From Candidatus Marinacidobacterales bacterium (GTDB taxonomy: Bacteria > Acidobacteriota > Vicinamibacteria > Marinacidobacterales > DATDRI01), in the NCBI GenBank assembly GCA_965219415.1, contig CBDCNP010000002.1:4768001-4832000 (forward strand): a DNA stretch of 64,000 bases, read 5' to 3'. Made by a program: the position numbers and the translations under genes. Positions 53,671 through 64,000 of the stretch are shown here, one piece after another. Numbering within the stretch: position 1 is the stretch's first letter; each line of letters starts with the position of its first letter. The notes under the pieces are model-generated. The model did no database searches. It was not told the origin of the DNA and saw only the letters and a list, made by a program, of their open reading frames with translations.

Positions 53671-54618
53671 ATCCGGAAACTAATTGCGGCAGACCCGCCA
53701 CCCTCCCGAGCGAAGATCTGGATTCGAGACATAGAGGTAACTTGAGGTCAGCCCAACGGGCCGGCGGCTGTCGACAATGGCACGGACGAGGTCGAGCTGA
53801 GAGGCCCGGATTGCACGCTGCCCTTCCCCGGGCAGGAGTTCATCACGCCGTCCGTTCCGCTGATCAGGCTATCAGGCAGTTGTGTCGATGGAACCGGCAA
53901 AGAGCCAGGGAGCAGGAAGTGACGATGAACAAAATCGTCTCAAGCCATGCCGGACCCTGGTTGAGGCCAAATCCTAGACAAGTAAAGATATTAAGGATGT
54001 CCAGGCAGACATGGACCAGAACGTGCTAGCCCGCTACGCCACGGTAGCCCTGGCCTCGATTCTGGACCCCTCGGGTGGCCTCTTTTCCGACGCTGCACGG
54101 CCCGGTCAGCGGCCCGCTCCCCCCTTTGGCGCAAACGTGGCACTCGAAAATCGAGATTAGAGACGAAATCCGAAGATGAGGCCAGTTCAGCCCTTCTAGC
54201 GCGTCTCTGGTGACACCTACCTCTGCAAAACCCCGCCAACCGCGCGGAAAATCTCACCCGTCTCTGCAGTGCCGCAATTGGCCAGACTGGGTGGCGGATG
54301 GTGAAGTCTGGAGCTATCCGGTCTCACTGGAATCCGTAAAAACAGGGCATTAAGAGTCCAGAAATCCGAAAAAGTGGCCCCAGTCCCCGACAGTTCCTTC
54401 CAGAATGAAGACACTCGACAATGAGCCGCGCGGGGTAAGAAGGGCCGCTCAGGGTCCATTTTTTTAATTTTTTGGGTATAACATGGGGCCAATCTAATGG
54501 AATCACAGGAAGCCCCGGAAAAATCTCCCTCTGACAGCATTCCTGATATCCTGTATTCGTTTTTTGTTCTTTTTAGTGGAGGTTGACTTTCAGGCGGTAT
54601 CGCCGTAGCTTATAGGAC

Positions 54619-55211
54619 ATGGCCGGCAGGAAAACGAAGCTTACGCCTGAACGTAAGGAGAAGATTCTCGAATGTGTTCGGGCCGGGATGAGCAACAGGG
54701 CTACCGCAAAGATGGTAGGAATAACGGAGCAGACCCTCTCCAATTGGCTCACACGGGGCGAGAAGGCCAAGAGTGGTTCATTTCTTGATTTTTTTTTCAG
54801 TCTTTCCGGTCGGCCGAGGGAGACTTCGAGCTGTCGAACCTCGAGATCATTCGGCGGAGTTCCAGGGAAGAGACGAAGATCCTTCGCCAAAAGGTCAGAT
54901 ACAAGGGTGGCCAAGTGGTGCAAGGGAAGCTAGTGAATGGAGAGGTCGACGTCGCGGAGACAATAACAGAGACTCGTTCACCGTCGGCAAAGGGTGCTAT
55001 GTGGCTGCTCGCGCGGCGGTTTCCGAAGGAGTGGGGGCAACCGCAACTAGAGCAAGAAGAAGCTCGCGAAGGAGAAGCTCACGATGAAAAACCCCGGGTC
55101 GTATACTACTTACCGGAAAATGGGCGTAGGCGGAAAATGCCGGGGGACGAGATCGTGCAATTGCCAGAAGAAAAGCGAAATGGCTCAACGCGGTTAGAAG
55201 GAGATGAATGA
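54619..55211 (+). pseudogene. Phage-like HTH protein (terminase small subunit-like), split into two frames
   Basis: MAGRKTKLTPE...HTH...WLTRGEK; T9 run at 54789-54797; second frame AMWLLARRFPKEWG. Confidence 0.5.
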
Positions 55212-55789
55212 CGAATGAGCCAACCGGCAAAATCCCCCTTTGGTGCCCAGAATCCGCGCCAATCCTCACTATTGTCCAAAAAGTAGCAAAATGCTGAAGG
55301 CACCCGATGTGCTGCGGAGTATTCAGAAGGCGCCATTCGCGGCGAGTCATCCAGTAGACGAGTTCGGGCATCCGCGTCCGACTGCATAGAGTCCGTGTCC
55401 GCCCCGCCTATCGCGGAGCACCCGTGGCCAAATCACGGCGGAGGACAACGATGGAGGCTGATCAGAAGCCCGCTGCGCCGGACGGTTCCCCCGCTGCTGC
55501 CCAGGGTGCCGACTATAATAATGATGAAGGACACGCAACCGATGCACCGATGGGTGCTTCCGCAGTCAAGTGTTGGCGGCCGCCGCGTAACCTGTTCGCG
55601 TACTTAGAGTTTTAGCCTGATTTCGATAGACGCAGTTCTTTCGTCGATGCCGGCTGGGCCGAGTTTTGGCCGTGAGGTCAAAATACTCATGCGGCTTCCC
55701 GATGGTAGAAACGTAGCAGCCTGCCAAGCCGTTCACGGGAGCGCACCTTGCACTCGAACTGAGGTAACTGGTTGCTAGCTGAGAACAGC

Positions 55790-55955
55790 GGTGCTTGCGC
55801 CGTTTACTGTTGGTGATGTGTACGCATCCCTTTGCAAAAAAAGCGCTTACGATCCATTTAGCGCGCGGCGAAGGTCGTGAGCGCTATTTTGGCTGTAATT
55901 TAACGCAGCGTAAAGTCTTAGCGTCATCTCACCAACACTTAATGGCGGAAGCACC
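55790..55955. mobile_element. MITE C (copy 4)
   Basis: Matches 16550-16715. Confidence 0.85.
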
Positions 55956-56163
55956 CCCTCGGCGGGCTCGACCGGCGTAGCGTGGAAACCGCTTCAGGAA
56001 CACGCTTCGATATTCGCTCTCGACTAGGAGGTCATCTGCATGGTGACGACCCGCCCGCCCAAGACGATTGTAAAGCCCACGGCCCTTGGCCCGGTCGCAA
56101 ACACAGACACTAAGTTGCTGATTTATGGCCTATTTCAAAAGGGCCGAGTTTTGGCACAGGACG
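55956..56163. mobile_element. Rearranged remnant of the CGTCC-ended rve IS (3' piece joined to an inverted left end)
   Basis: Matches ~13050-13150 forward, then 11830-11930 inverted. Confidence 0.75.
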
Positions 56164-57095
56164 GGGGAGTGCGCTACAAATAGCTAAGGAAATCGTGCTG
56201 GAGCAGACGGCGCCGTTGAGACTCGTCCGGACGCCGCCGCTCAGCACGATGGACCAACGATCATCTCATTGCTGGAGCGTCGATATCGGCAGTGAGACGC
56301 GTCCGGAAGGGCGGGTGAGGGCCCTACAACAAAGTAAAGTCGACGGTAATCACCGCCAGCACATCTACCGCGTACTGTGCCAAAACTCGGCCCTTTTGAA
56401 ATAGGCCATAAATCAGCAACTTAGTGTCTGTGTTTGCGACCGGGCCAAGGGCCGTAGGCTTTACAATCGTCTGTCCCGAGGGTGTTATCTTCAGATCCAT
56501 GATGACGTACCAGGCGCAATTCCTACTGCTCGTTCTAGCTGGCTGGGTCAACCGCCAGCAGCAGGATGTGATCGACTACCTGCAAGAGGAGAACCGTGTG
56601 CTCCGAGCCGGGCTTCGGGGCAAGCGTCTCAAGCTCTCTGACGACGACCGTCGCAGGCTCGTCGTCAAGGCCCAGGCTTTGGGCCGCGAGGCGCTGGCTC
56701 AGATTGCGTCCGTTGCCACACCCGCTACGCTTCTGCGTTGGTACCGCCACCTCATCGCAGCCAAGTACGATGGCAGCAAGAACCGGAGCCCAGGCCGACC
56801 TCCGACGGTGAAGGACATCGGTGAGCTCATTGTGCGCGTGGCGCAGGAGAACCCGACGTGGGGATATACGCGCCTGCGGGGTGCACTCAAGAACCTCGGA
56901 CATGAACTCGGACGCAACACCAATCAAGAGGCTCCTCGCCGAGCACGGTATCGCGCCAGCCCCGGAGCGGGGCAAGAGCATGTCGTGGAGCACTTTCCTC
57001 AAGGCTCATTGGGGCGCTATCGCTGCGACAGACCTGTTCACCGTCGAGGTGGTGAACCCGTTCGGGCTCGTCCGCTACCATGTCCTGTTTGTCAT

Positions 57096-58173
57096 CGCGA
57101 ATTCATAAAGTAAGTGCAACACAGCTCCCGGATGAGGTGACCTGGGATGTGCCACGATTCCTCAAACAACCAAGAATGGGGACTCGCTAATGACTTATTA
57201 CCAGATCACCTCGGAAGAACGATACACCATCGCGGCGCTGCGACGGGAGGGATTTTGCTCGGCCGAGATTGCGCGGCGCCTGGGGCACCACCGGAGCACA
57301 ATCTCGAGAGAGGTCAGGAGGAACAGCTCACGTAGTGATGGATGCTACCGGCCGAGCAAGGCCATCGAGAAAACGAACGGACGACGATCGCGGTCTCGCC
57401 GGAACCAGTACTTCACAAAGGCCGACTTTGCCCTGGTGGAGAAGAAGCTTAAGGCTGACTGGAGCCCAGAGCAGATCTCCGGCCACCTGCGCCTTCACGG
57501 CGAGCTCTCGATCAGCCACGAGACGATCTACACCCACGTCTGGCGGGACAAGGAGGCCGGAGGACATCTATACCGCCACCTTCGATGCTCGCCCAAACTT
57601 AGACGCAAGCGCCACAACAGCTATGACAGCCGAGGCCACCTGGCCGGGAAGCGTCATATCTCCGAGCGGCCGCCTTGTGTCGACAAGCGCAGTGCCGTTG
57701 GCCACTGGGAGATCGACACCGTGGTAGGAAAAGGCGCGCCGGACTGCGTAACCACGCTCGTGGAACGAAAGACGGGCTATGCGCTGATCGGCAAGCTGTC
57801 CGACCGCACCATGTTCAGCACTAGTCAGCGAACGAAGATGTTGCTCCGGCGGGTGCCGGAGCAGGTCAAGACGATCACCGCGGACAATGGTACGGAGTTC
57901 CACGACTACGAATCCGTCGAGGAAGCGACCGGCGTCAAGTTCTACTTCGCAACTCCCTATCACTCATGGGAGAGAGGCAGCAACGAGAACTTCAATGGCC
58001 TGCTACGACAATACCTGCCGAAGCGCACCAGCCAAGCAGCGTTCACGCAACGCGACTGCGATCGTATCGCAAACAAGCTCAACTCACGGCCCCGCAAGAG
58101 ACTCGGCTACCGCACACCGGAGGAACGTTTCCATGGGCTCTAACGAATGGTGCGCTTCAAACTTGAAGTCACA
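57096..58173 (+). mobile_element. IS30-family element with a 3-bp target duplication CAT
   Basis: Imperfect 26-bp IRs; comparison with the empty site GTCATCGATATC at ~12549. Confidence 0.88.
57190..58143 (+). CDS. IS30-family transposase
   Basis: [53 protein letters not shown]. Confidence 0.95.
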   Translation: MTYYQITSEERYTIAALRREGFCSAEIARRLGHHRSTISREVRRNSSRSDGCYRPSKAIEKTNGRRSRSRRNQYFTKADFALVEKKLKADWSPEQISGHLRLHGELSISHETIYTHVWRDKEAGGHLYRHLRCSPKLRRKRHNSYDSRGHLAGKRHISERPPCVDKRSAVGHWEIDTVVGKGAPDCVTTLVERKTGYALIGKLSDRTMFSTSQRTKMLLRRVPEQVKTITADNGTEFHDYESVEEATGVKFYFATPYHSWERGSNENFNGLLRQYLPKRTSQAAFTQRDCDRIANKLNSRPRKRLGYRTPEERFHGL

Positions 58174-58543
58174 CATCGATATCGCCACTCGCTGCGTGTG
58201 CATCGGTGGGGTGACCTCGGACCCCAACGGGGAGTGGATGAAGCAGGTGGCAAGAAACCTCACGGACATGTGGGATGGTTTCCTCCTTGGCAAACGATAC
58301 CTCATCCACGACCGGGACCCGCTATTCACCGAGGCGGTACGTGGGCTGTTGAGAGATTCAGGCGTGAAGCCCCTCCGCCTTCCCGCCAATAGTCCGAATC
58401 TGAACGCATACGCGGAAAGATTCGTTCTCTCCATACGTCGAGAGTGTCTCGACCGCTTCGTACCTCTCAATGAGCGACACCTGCGGACAGCGATAACCGA
58501 ATACGTAGTGCACTAGAATGACGTTTCATACTGCCTCATCATG

Positions 58544-59029
58544 TCATGTTGTTGTTTCAAAAAGGGTTCGTTGTTCGAGTGATTGCGATGCGGGGTTCCG
58601 ATTCTGACGGATCCTCTCGATAACCTTGCGAACACCCGGTTGATCAAGTTGTTGCCTATTAAGAACCCAAGGTCCATCAGGCAGCGGATGCATGGCTTTC
58701 AGCTCACCTCGTTCGACCCTGTGCCGGAGGGCGTTGCCAGAGACGCCAAGATAGGCGGCCGCTTGAGTTAGGTTCATCCAGCCTTCTGCCTCTTGCCGTT
58801 GGGGTGAATACTTAGCGATCCCGCGCTTATTTCGAAGGGAAACAACTCTCTCTCGGATCCAGCGGTTTCCACGACCGGTGAGTAGGCTGTTACGGTTCAG
58901 GTAAGCTGCTACGACATCATCAGTACAAACCAGCGTCAGAGTTCGTACCGCATCGACGATGTCCTTTGACGTATGGAGACTGTTTTGCCCGCGGCGACGA
59001 ATCGGTACGCGCAATTCAGTGTGCGTGCC
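58544..59029 (-). pseudogene. C-terminal fragment of a recombinase-family protein with HTH
   Basis: AYLNRNSLLTGRGNRW...WMNLTQAAAYLGVS...PLPDGPW; cut by an IS end at 59030. Confidence 0.6.
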
Positions 59030-60315
59030 TGTCGATCATCATTATTGGTCCGTGACTGAATTTGCAGGCCCGCCCCGCGCTCGAGCACATGCTGGAGAGC
59101 GTAGTCAGCGCGCGAGGGAAGGTGCTGAGGACGAACTTCTCGGCGACCAGCCGAGTAACGCGAGCGACCAAGCTGACTCAGGCTGCCTCTCGCCACTCGT
59201 ATCGATGGTGCAGTCCACCGACTCGCGGCAGTGCGACGACTTTCGCCGTAGGAGACGGTCGGTGCGTGACCGCTCTCAAGCTCGGTGTGTCCTTGTTCAG
59301 CCCCAAGTGGCAACGGTCCTCATGATAGTAGCTGATGTAAGCTCGCACGAGCCGGATGAGATGACATGCGCCGAGAACCACGACGTGCTCAAGGAGCTCG
59401 CGACGGCAGCTGCCGATCCACCGCTCCGCGGTTCCGTTTTGCCATGGGCTGCGAAACGAAGTGCGAACGGGTTTTGTGCCGGTTGCTTTGATGAACTCGA
59501 TGACCGCAGCGCTAAAGATGAAGTCGCGATCGAAGATGAGATATTTCGGAGCGGTGTCGTAGGGAAACGCCTCACGCAGTTGCTGAATAACCCAAGCAGA
59601 CGTCGGGTGGAACGTGGCGTTGAAGTGAACGATGTGCCGACGACCGTGCTCGATGATGAAGAAGCCGTACAGCAGCTGGAGCGACGCGGTGGGCACGGTG
59701 AACAGATCCATGGCGGCGATATCGTCTTTATGGCTGCGCAAGAAAGCCATCCATCGCTTCAGCTGGTCGGGCTCCGCGGGACGCCGCGGCAGGTATCGCG
59801 ACACCGTGCTCTCGGAGAGGATGAAACCGAGCTTGGTGAGCTCAGTATGGATTCTTGGCGCCCCCCAGCCGTCTTGCGCCATCGTGCGGACGAGGCGACG
59901 AATCTCGGCATCAATCCGAGGTCGACCGGGATGGCGGCGCTGCGAGATCTTTGCCCAGTACCGCCGGAATCGGTCGCGATACCAACGGGCCACGGTGTCC
60001 GCGTGGACGATGAGCAGGCGGCTCGCCCACACGGGCCACGAACCTCGAAGGGCAACCCAGAAAGCCCGTTCCGTGTCGTCGAGCGGTGGGCGTGGGCGCT
60101 CTTTCTTCAGCGCCGTCACTTGCTGCCGCAAAGCGACGTTCTCCAACACCAGGTCGGCGCGGCGCCGACACATCGCCCGAATGACACGGACGCCAAGTGA
60201 GACGAGGAAGACAACAACGTCGAGCATAGCGGCGGAGTTTCGCCGTCTTCGGCCCGGAATTCAAGCGGAGCGTAAGTCCTTGATTTCGTGGGCGGAGCAG
60301 TTTTGACGATGCACA
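59030..60315 (-). mobile_element. Complete 349-aa-family rve IS
   Basis: TGT...ACA ends; near-identical to the other copies. Confidence 0.88.
59178..60227 (-). CDS. Integrase-core (rve) DDE transposase, 349 aa
   Basis: Same motifs as 19542-20591. Confidence 0.92.
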   Translation of the reverse strand: MLDVVVFLVSLGVRVIRAMCRRRADLVLENVALRQQVTALKKERPRPPLDDTERAFWVALRGSWPVWASRLLIVHADTVARWYRDRFRRYWAKISQRRHPGRPRIDAEIRRLVRTMAQDGWGAPRIHTELTKLGFILSESTVSRYLPRRPAEPDQLKRWMAFLRSHKDDIAAMDLFTVPTASLQLLYGFFIIEHGRRHIVHFNATFHPTSAWVIQQLREAFPYDTAPKYLIFDRDFIFSAAVIEFIKATGTKPVRTSFRSPWQNGTAERWIGSCRRELLEHVVVLGACHLIRLVRAYISYYHEDRCHLGLNKDTPSLRAVTHRPSPTAKVVALPRVGGLHHRYEWREAA

Positions 60316-60388
60316 GGGGCTGTCAAGCGAGACTTGATTAATTCAAAATGGGTGTTGTAGACTGGCCACGCCAACGGAGGTAAGCGAC

Positions 60389-60586
60389 ATGGTTAAGCCG
60401 TTAGACAAGAAGCAATTCGAGCATGAGGCATCGAGGCGCAAGGATCGGGACGATGTGACACTAGACGATCTGTCCGACGCAATGAACGTGATCATGTCCG
60501 GCCCTCAGCACAAATCTCCAGAGAAGCGAGAGCCGACGAAGAAGGAGCGAAAAATGCGGTTCAGGCTAATTCGGGAGAAGGGGTAA
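60389..60586 (+). CDS. Small charged hypothetical protein
   Basis: Strong RBS GGAGGT; 65-aa ORF. Confidence 0.5.
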   Translation: MVKPLDKKQFEHEASRRKDRDDVTLDDLSDAMNVIMSGPQHKSPEKREPTKKERKMRFRLIREKG

Positions 60587-60758
60587 GTTCACCCCGAGCG
60601 CGAAGCGCCCGTGTGCCTTTGCGCATTTTGCTACATAATTCCCATCGCATTACGGATGGACCGACAAGGACTGCGAGAAGATAGCGCGCAACGTCATGAG
60701 CGAGAACGCGAAACGAATTTACAAGATCAGTACGTAAAGACGCGACGGAGATAAGACC

Positions 60759-62246
60759 ATGAAGAAGCTACCGGGTGTGGCCATTGGCCTCACAGTATTG
60801 GTTCCCGTCCTATGGGCGGCCCAAGCCCCGACGATTTGGGGACCACAGGAACCCCCGTTCCGTCCAGATCATCCGATCGTTATTCAGGGAGGCACGCTCA
60901 TCGATGCCACCGGTGCTCCTCCTAAGCTCGATCACGCGGTGGTCGTTGAGGGCAAGAACATTACGTGGGTGGGCTCGATGAAGGACGTATCGATCCCCGA
61001 CGGGGCACAGGTCATCGACGCCAGCGGCATGACCATCATGCCGGGGCTGATCAATTCGAATCAACACAGCCAGCTCAACCCGCTCTACCACTCCCCCGCC
61101 GGGGATCTACCGCTTGAGCAGCTCAAAGCACAATGGGAGGAGAGCTGGTCGAGGATCCCGAGACGAGCTTTCGTGTACCTTATGCAGGGTGTAACCAGCA
61201 TGCGGAACACCAGCGGGCCCGCGAAGCAATTGATTCCCTACAGGAACGCCATCGACAACGGAGAGATTCCCGGCCCTCGTATTTTCCTGGGAGGGGCGCT
61301 GCTCTGGAGTCGTCAGAGCTTCGAGGAGCGCTACGGGGATTCTCCGCCCGACACCAAGGAGTGGATGAGGACCGAGTTTGCCTATGTGGTCGTCGACGAC
61401 CCCGATAAAGACACCGATCACCTCCTCGGCCCGGACTTCAACTTCTGGAAGTTCATCATGTCGAGCTCGCGGTACGACGGAAAAAACGACTTCTCGGATG
61501 AAGACATCCGTTTCATCATTGACAAGGCACGGAAGAACGGTAAGTTCGTCGATGTCCACTGCGGCGGCCATAACGACGGCCTAAGGAGAATGCTGGCCTT
61601 CGATTTCGACACGCTCGAGCATCCCTTCTACGGCAACGAACTCATCGAAGAGGAAATCATCGAGGCCTATGCAAAAAAGGGCGTAGTCGTCGATACACTC
61701 TTGGAGCAAATGATCGCGCGCGCCAACCGCTCTGCCGACCCGCACCGTTTCGACGAGACGCTTTACATCATGTCGATGACGCCCAAGGACTACCGCAGCC
61801 TCATGCGTTATCGGGACAAGATGGTCTACAACCAACGCCATCCCGACGAGAAGGAGCTGGTCATCCACGGAGAGGGCCGTTTGGGAATGACCTACAACGA
61901 GCGGCAGAAACGACGGGAGACTTCTCGAGCGAATATGCGCCGGTTCATTCGCGCCGGTGCCAAATTCTCGATGGGAACCGACACGCCGGCGTTCATGAAC
62001 CTGCCGCAAGAAGATCCCAACGCCAACGAGATGCGCTACATGGTGGAGATGGGAATGACGCCGATGCAGGTTATCCAGGCCTCGACCAGGAACGGAGCCG
62101 AGATCCTGGGCCTCAAGGACAAGCTCGGTACCATCGAGGCCGGTAAGTGGGCAGATGTCATCGTGGTGGCTGGAAATCCGCTCGACGATATAAGAGCGAT
62201 GAAGAGGGTCGCAGTCGTTATTAAAGGTGGCGTTCGCTTTAAATAG
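60759..62246 (+). CDS. Secreted amidohydrolase-family protein
   Basis: Signal peptide; IDASGMTIMPGLI, GPRIF, VDVHC, LEH, MGTD, LGTIEAGKWAD..V.GNPL. Confidence 0.9.
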   Translation: MKKLPGVAIGLTVLVPVLWAAQAPTIWGPQEPPFRPDHPIVIQGGTLIDATGAPPKLDHAVVVEGKNITWVGSMKDVSIPDGAQVIDASGMTIMPGLINSNQHSQLNPLYHSPAGDLPLEQLKAQWEESWSRIPRRAFVYLMQGVTSMRNTSGPAKQLIPYRNAIDNGEIPGPRIFLGGALLWSRQSFEERYGDSPPDTKEWMRTEFAYVVVDDPDKDTDHLLGPDFNFWKFIMSSSRYDGKNDFSDEDIRFIIDKARKNGKFVDVHCGGHNDGLRRMLAFDFDTLEHPFYGNELIEEEIIEAYAKKGVVVDTLLEQMIARANRSADPHRFDETLYIMSMTPKDYRSLMRYRDKMVYNQRHPDEKELVIHGEGRLGMTYNERQKRRETSRANMRRFIRAGAKFSMGTDTPAFMNLPQEDPNANEMRYMVEMGMTPMQVIQASTRNGAEILGLKDKLGTIEAGKWADVIVVAGNPLDDIRAMKRVAVVIKGGVRFK

Positions 62247-62248
62247 CG

Positions 62249-62516
62249 CGTCGTGTCCAAAAACACGAACGGAGCGGAAAGCTCGAATCCTAGAGGCGTT
62301 CTCGAAATTCGCGGAGACCAGCCGACGCGGCACTGGGTCTGCGATAGGAGATCCCGAGCAGAGCTCTCCCCCAGAGCATCCGTTCCGTCCAGCTTGCGCG
62401 CCCGAACTCCTATGACCGAGGATTTTAGCCCCCATTGGCGACCAAGCCTAGATACCTCTAATTCGAAACGTCCCGGCGCGCCGGTCTTGAGTTCGTTTGT
62501 ATTTTTGGACACGACG
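62249..62516. mobile_element. 268-bp MITE with IRs CGTCGTGTCCAAAAA(C/T)AC(G/A)AACG
   Basis: Terminal IRs; related end at ~10388-10460. Confidence 0.8.
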
Positions 62517-62584
62517 GGCAAGGCCCGGCGACCAATTTCGGTCGTGAGGGATTCCCGAGGAGAAAAGTGAATGTTCAAGTGGAT

Positions 62585-62720
62585 TGAACCGCCCCGGGTT
62601 TCCCGGAAACTCCAACTCTTGAGAGGATGGAGTCATGTCACCAACGGTGCGAGCTCTCGTTCGAAAACCCTTCTCATGGCTTACAAGCTGCTCGACATGG
62701 CGAACCATCGGTGGCTATGC
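62585..62720 (+). mobile_element. IS3-type left end fused to an IS256-like transposase C-terminal scrap
   Basis: TGAACCGCCCCGGGTTTCCCGG terminus; peptide VTNGASSRSKTLLMAYKLLDMANHRW. Confidence 0.55.
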
Positions 62721-63048
62721 CGACGGCGAGTTTTTCCATCAGAGGCAGGCATTTACGCACGACGTCCTCGCGGATAACAAGGCGCTGCCCGACCCGATAG
62801 GCTGTGTCGCTGACGCGAGTGTTCAGTAGTACTAGAATTTCAGGAACCTGCATTGCGCGTTCGAACACCTCTGTATTCTCAGCTACAATAACTGACGATG
62901 GTGGAGGTGGTTGCATTGAAAAGCGATGAGGGGGCCATGAGCGCACCTTCCCCTTGCTGAACAATGCTTCGGAACGGCCTGCGGCCGAGTATGTGCTCCT
63001 CACGAAAGATGGAAGGGTGTGTTTGCGATGAGGTCATCCCCCTGAACA

Positions 63049-63687
63049 ATGAAGGTCTCAGAAAAGTCTCTAGAACTGAACGTAGGAGCGGAGCTGCTCT
63101 TCATCCTCCGTAACGGCTGGGGCATGCCCAAAGCATATCTCCGCGGTTTAACCCAGCGAGAAGAAAGTCAAGAAGGAGTCGATTTCTTCGCCCAACTGAA
63201 CCCTACAGCACGCCTCTTTGCCTTCCAGTTCAAGGCGCCAAAGGGAAAGTCTGACACGCTCCCGTATCGGTATACCCTAATGCAGGAACAGCATGACCTT
63301 CTCTACAACCTCGCGCAGAATGCGCCAGCCAGCGTGTTTTATGTCCTTCCGTTTTACGTGACCGAACCGAAGCTACAGCGAGACGTTCCAATCCTCCTCC
63401 GAGATACGTGGTTTCTGAAAATCGACCAGATGGATACGGCGGCGGTCTTCGGGACCACACAGAAAAGGACCATGCGTTGCAGCCCAGGACTCGCATCCGT
63501 AAACCCTGAATATAGGACTGAGCGTTTCGTCGAAAATCAGTTTCCCCTTCATCGCGAAGGGCGCGGCGTCTCCGCAGAGGCGTTTGCACTGTGGTATCGC
63601 CGTTATCAGAAGCGGGGGTTGGAGAATCGTGTGAGGCGGAACCCGTGGCTGTCGCGTGGCCTGCGGGTCGCTGTTGTGAGCCCGTAA
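63049..63687 (+). CDS. Hypothetical protein, PD-(D/E)XK nuclease-like
   Basis: SE...E, EESQEGVDFF...AFQFKAP, Q...L, FYVLP pattern. Confidence 0.55.
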   Translation: MKVSEKSLELNVGAELLFILRNGWGMPKAYLRGLTQREESQEGVDFFAQLNPTARLFAFQFKAPKGKSDTLPYRYTLMQEQHDLLYNLAQNAPASVFYVLPFYVTEPKLQRDVPILLRDTWFLKIDQMDTAAVFGTTQKRTMRCSPGLASVNPEYRTERFVENQFPLHREGRGVSAEAFALWYRRYQKRGLENRVRRNPWLSRGLRVAVVSP

Positions 63688-64000
63688 ACCGGCGCGGACC
63701 CGAAGCAGGCAGCGGAATTCGAGGATCGCACGAAGGAACACGCCCACTGGCGGAAGCTAGATGAAGCGATAGGGGCGTTTCTCGACGGGGGGAACTTCGC
63801 GATTTCACCAGCGGGTATCGTTCGCTGTTCCGGCATGGATGGAACATCCAGCTACATTTATAAGACGCCGATGGCATCGTCGGGTCGACCGGTACGGAGA
63901 AACCGATCGTGGCAGGTCTAAACCGCGCAATCAACGCTGGATCGACTTTTTGCGGAGCACACCTGTCTCCCAAAGGATTAGGTGTCCACGAAAGCGGGTC

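Larger units (their letters stand above)
56371..58513 (+). pseudogene. Second copy of the CGTCC-ended rve IS: frameshifted (~56921), interrupted by IS30 and 3'-truncated
   Basis: Colinear with 11830-12892 on either side of IS30. Confidence 0.88.

Noticed and set aside
60316-60645. Possible IS1595-like end (GGGAATTATGTAG on the minus strand) near the small ORF
   Set aside because: No partner IR or transposase in the window; too weak

Overview
This is a ~60% GC bacterial accessory region in which a defence island is embedded in a dense nest of insertion sequences. The core is a type I-G (I-U) CRISPR-Cas locus on the minus strand (WYL regulator-cas3-csx17/cas8u2-csb1/cas7-csb2-cas4/cas1-cas2). 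It is followed by an array of ~68 full 36-bp repeats whose trailer end is cut by an IS. Next to it is a translationally coupled type I R-M operon: hsdM, a HEPN gene (RX4HXY), an MNT nucleotidyltransferase fused to HsdS, a frameshifted Abi-like gene, hsdR and a truncated ORF. Other defence-like genes are a broken dGTPase, a truncated GIY-YIG ORF, a solo HEPN-like ORF, a higA remnant and a PD-(D/E)XK-like ORF. Mobile DNA includes two IS110/IS1111-type copies, IS1-, IS6- and IS30-family elements, several rve-integrase (IS3/IS481-like) families and many MITEs and hybrid ends. Two signals stand out. (1) Both IS1111-type copies sit at the same TG core inside the terminal inverted repeat of the IS1-family elements, and their 3' non-coding region carries readable target- and donor-guide sequences (bridge/seekRNA-like). 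(2) A HEPN/MNT toxin-antitoxin pair is wired into the R-M system through the MNT-HsdS fusion. Intact cargo genes (ppk1, lgt, a YfhO-family gene, hydrolases) are trimmed closely by IS ends. All calls come from reading motifs by eye; no database searches were run.
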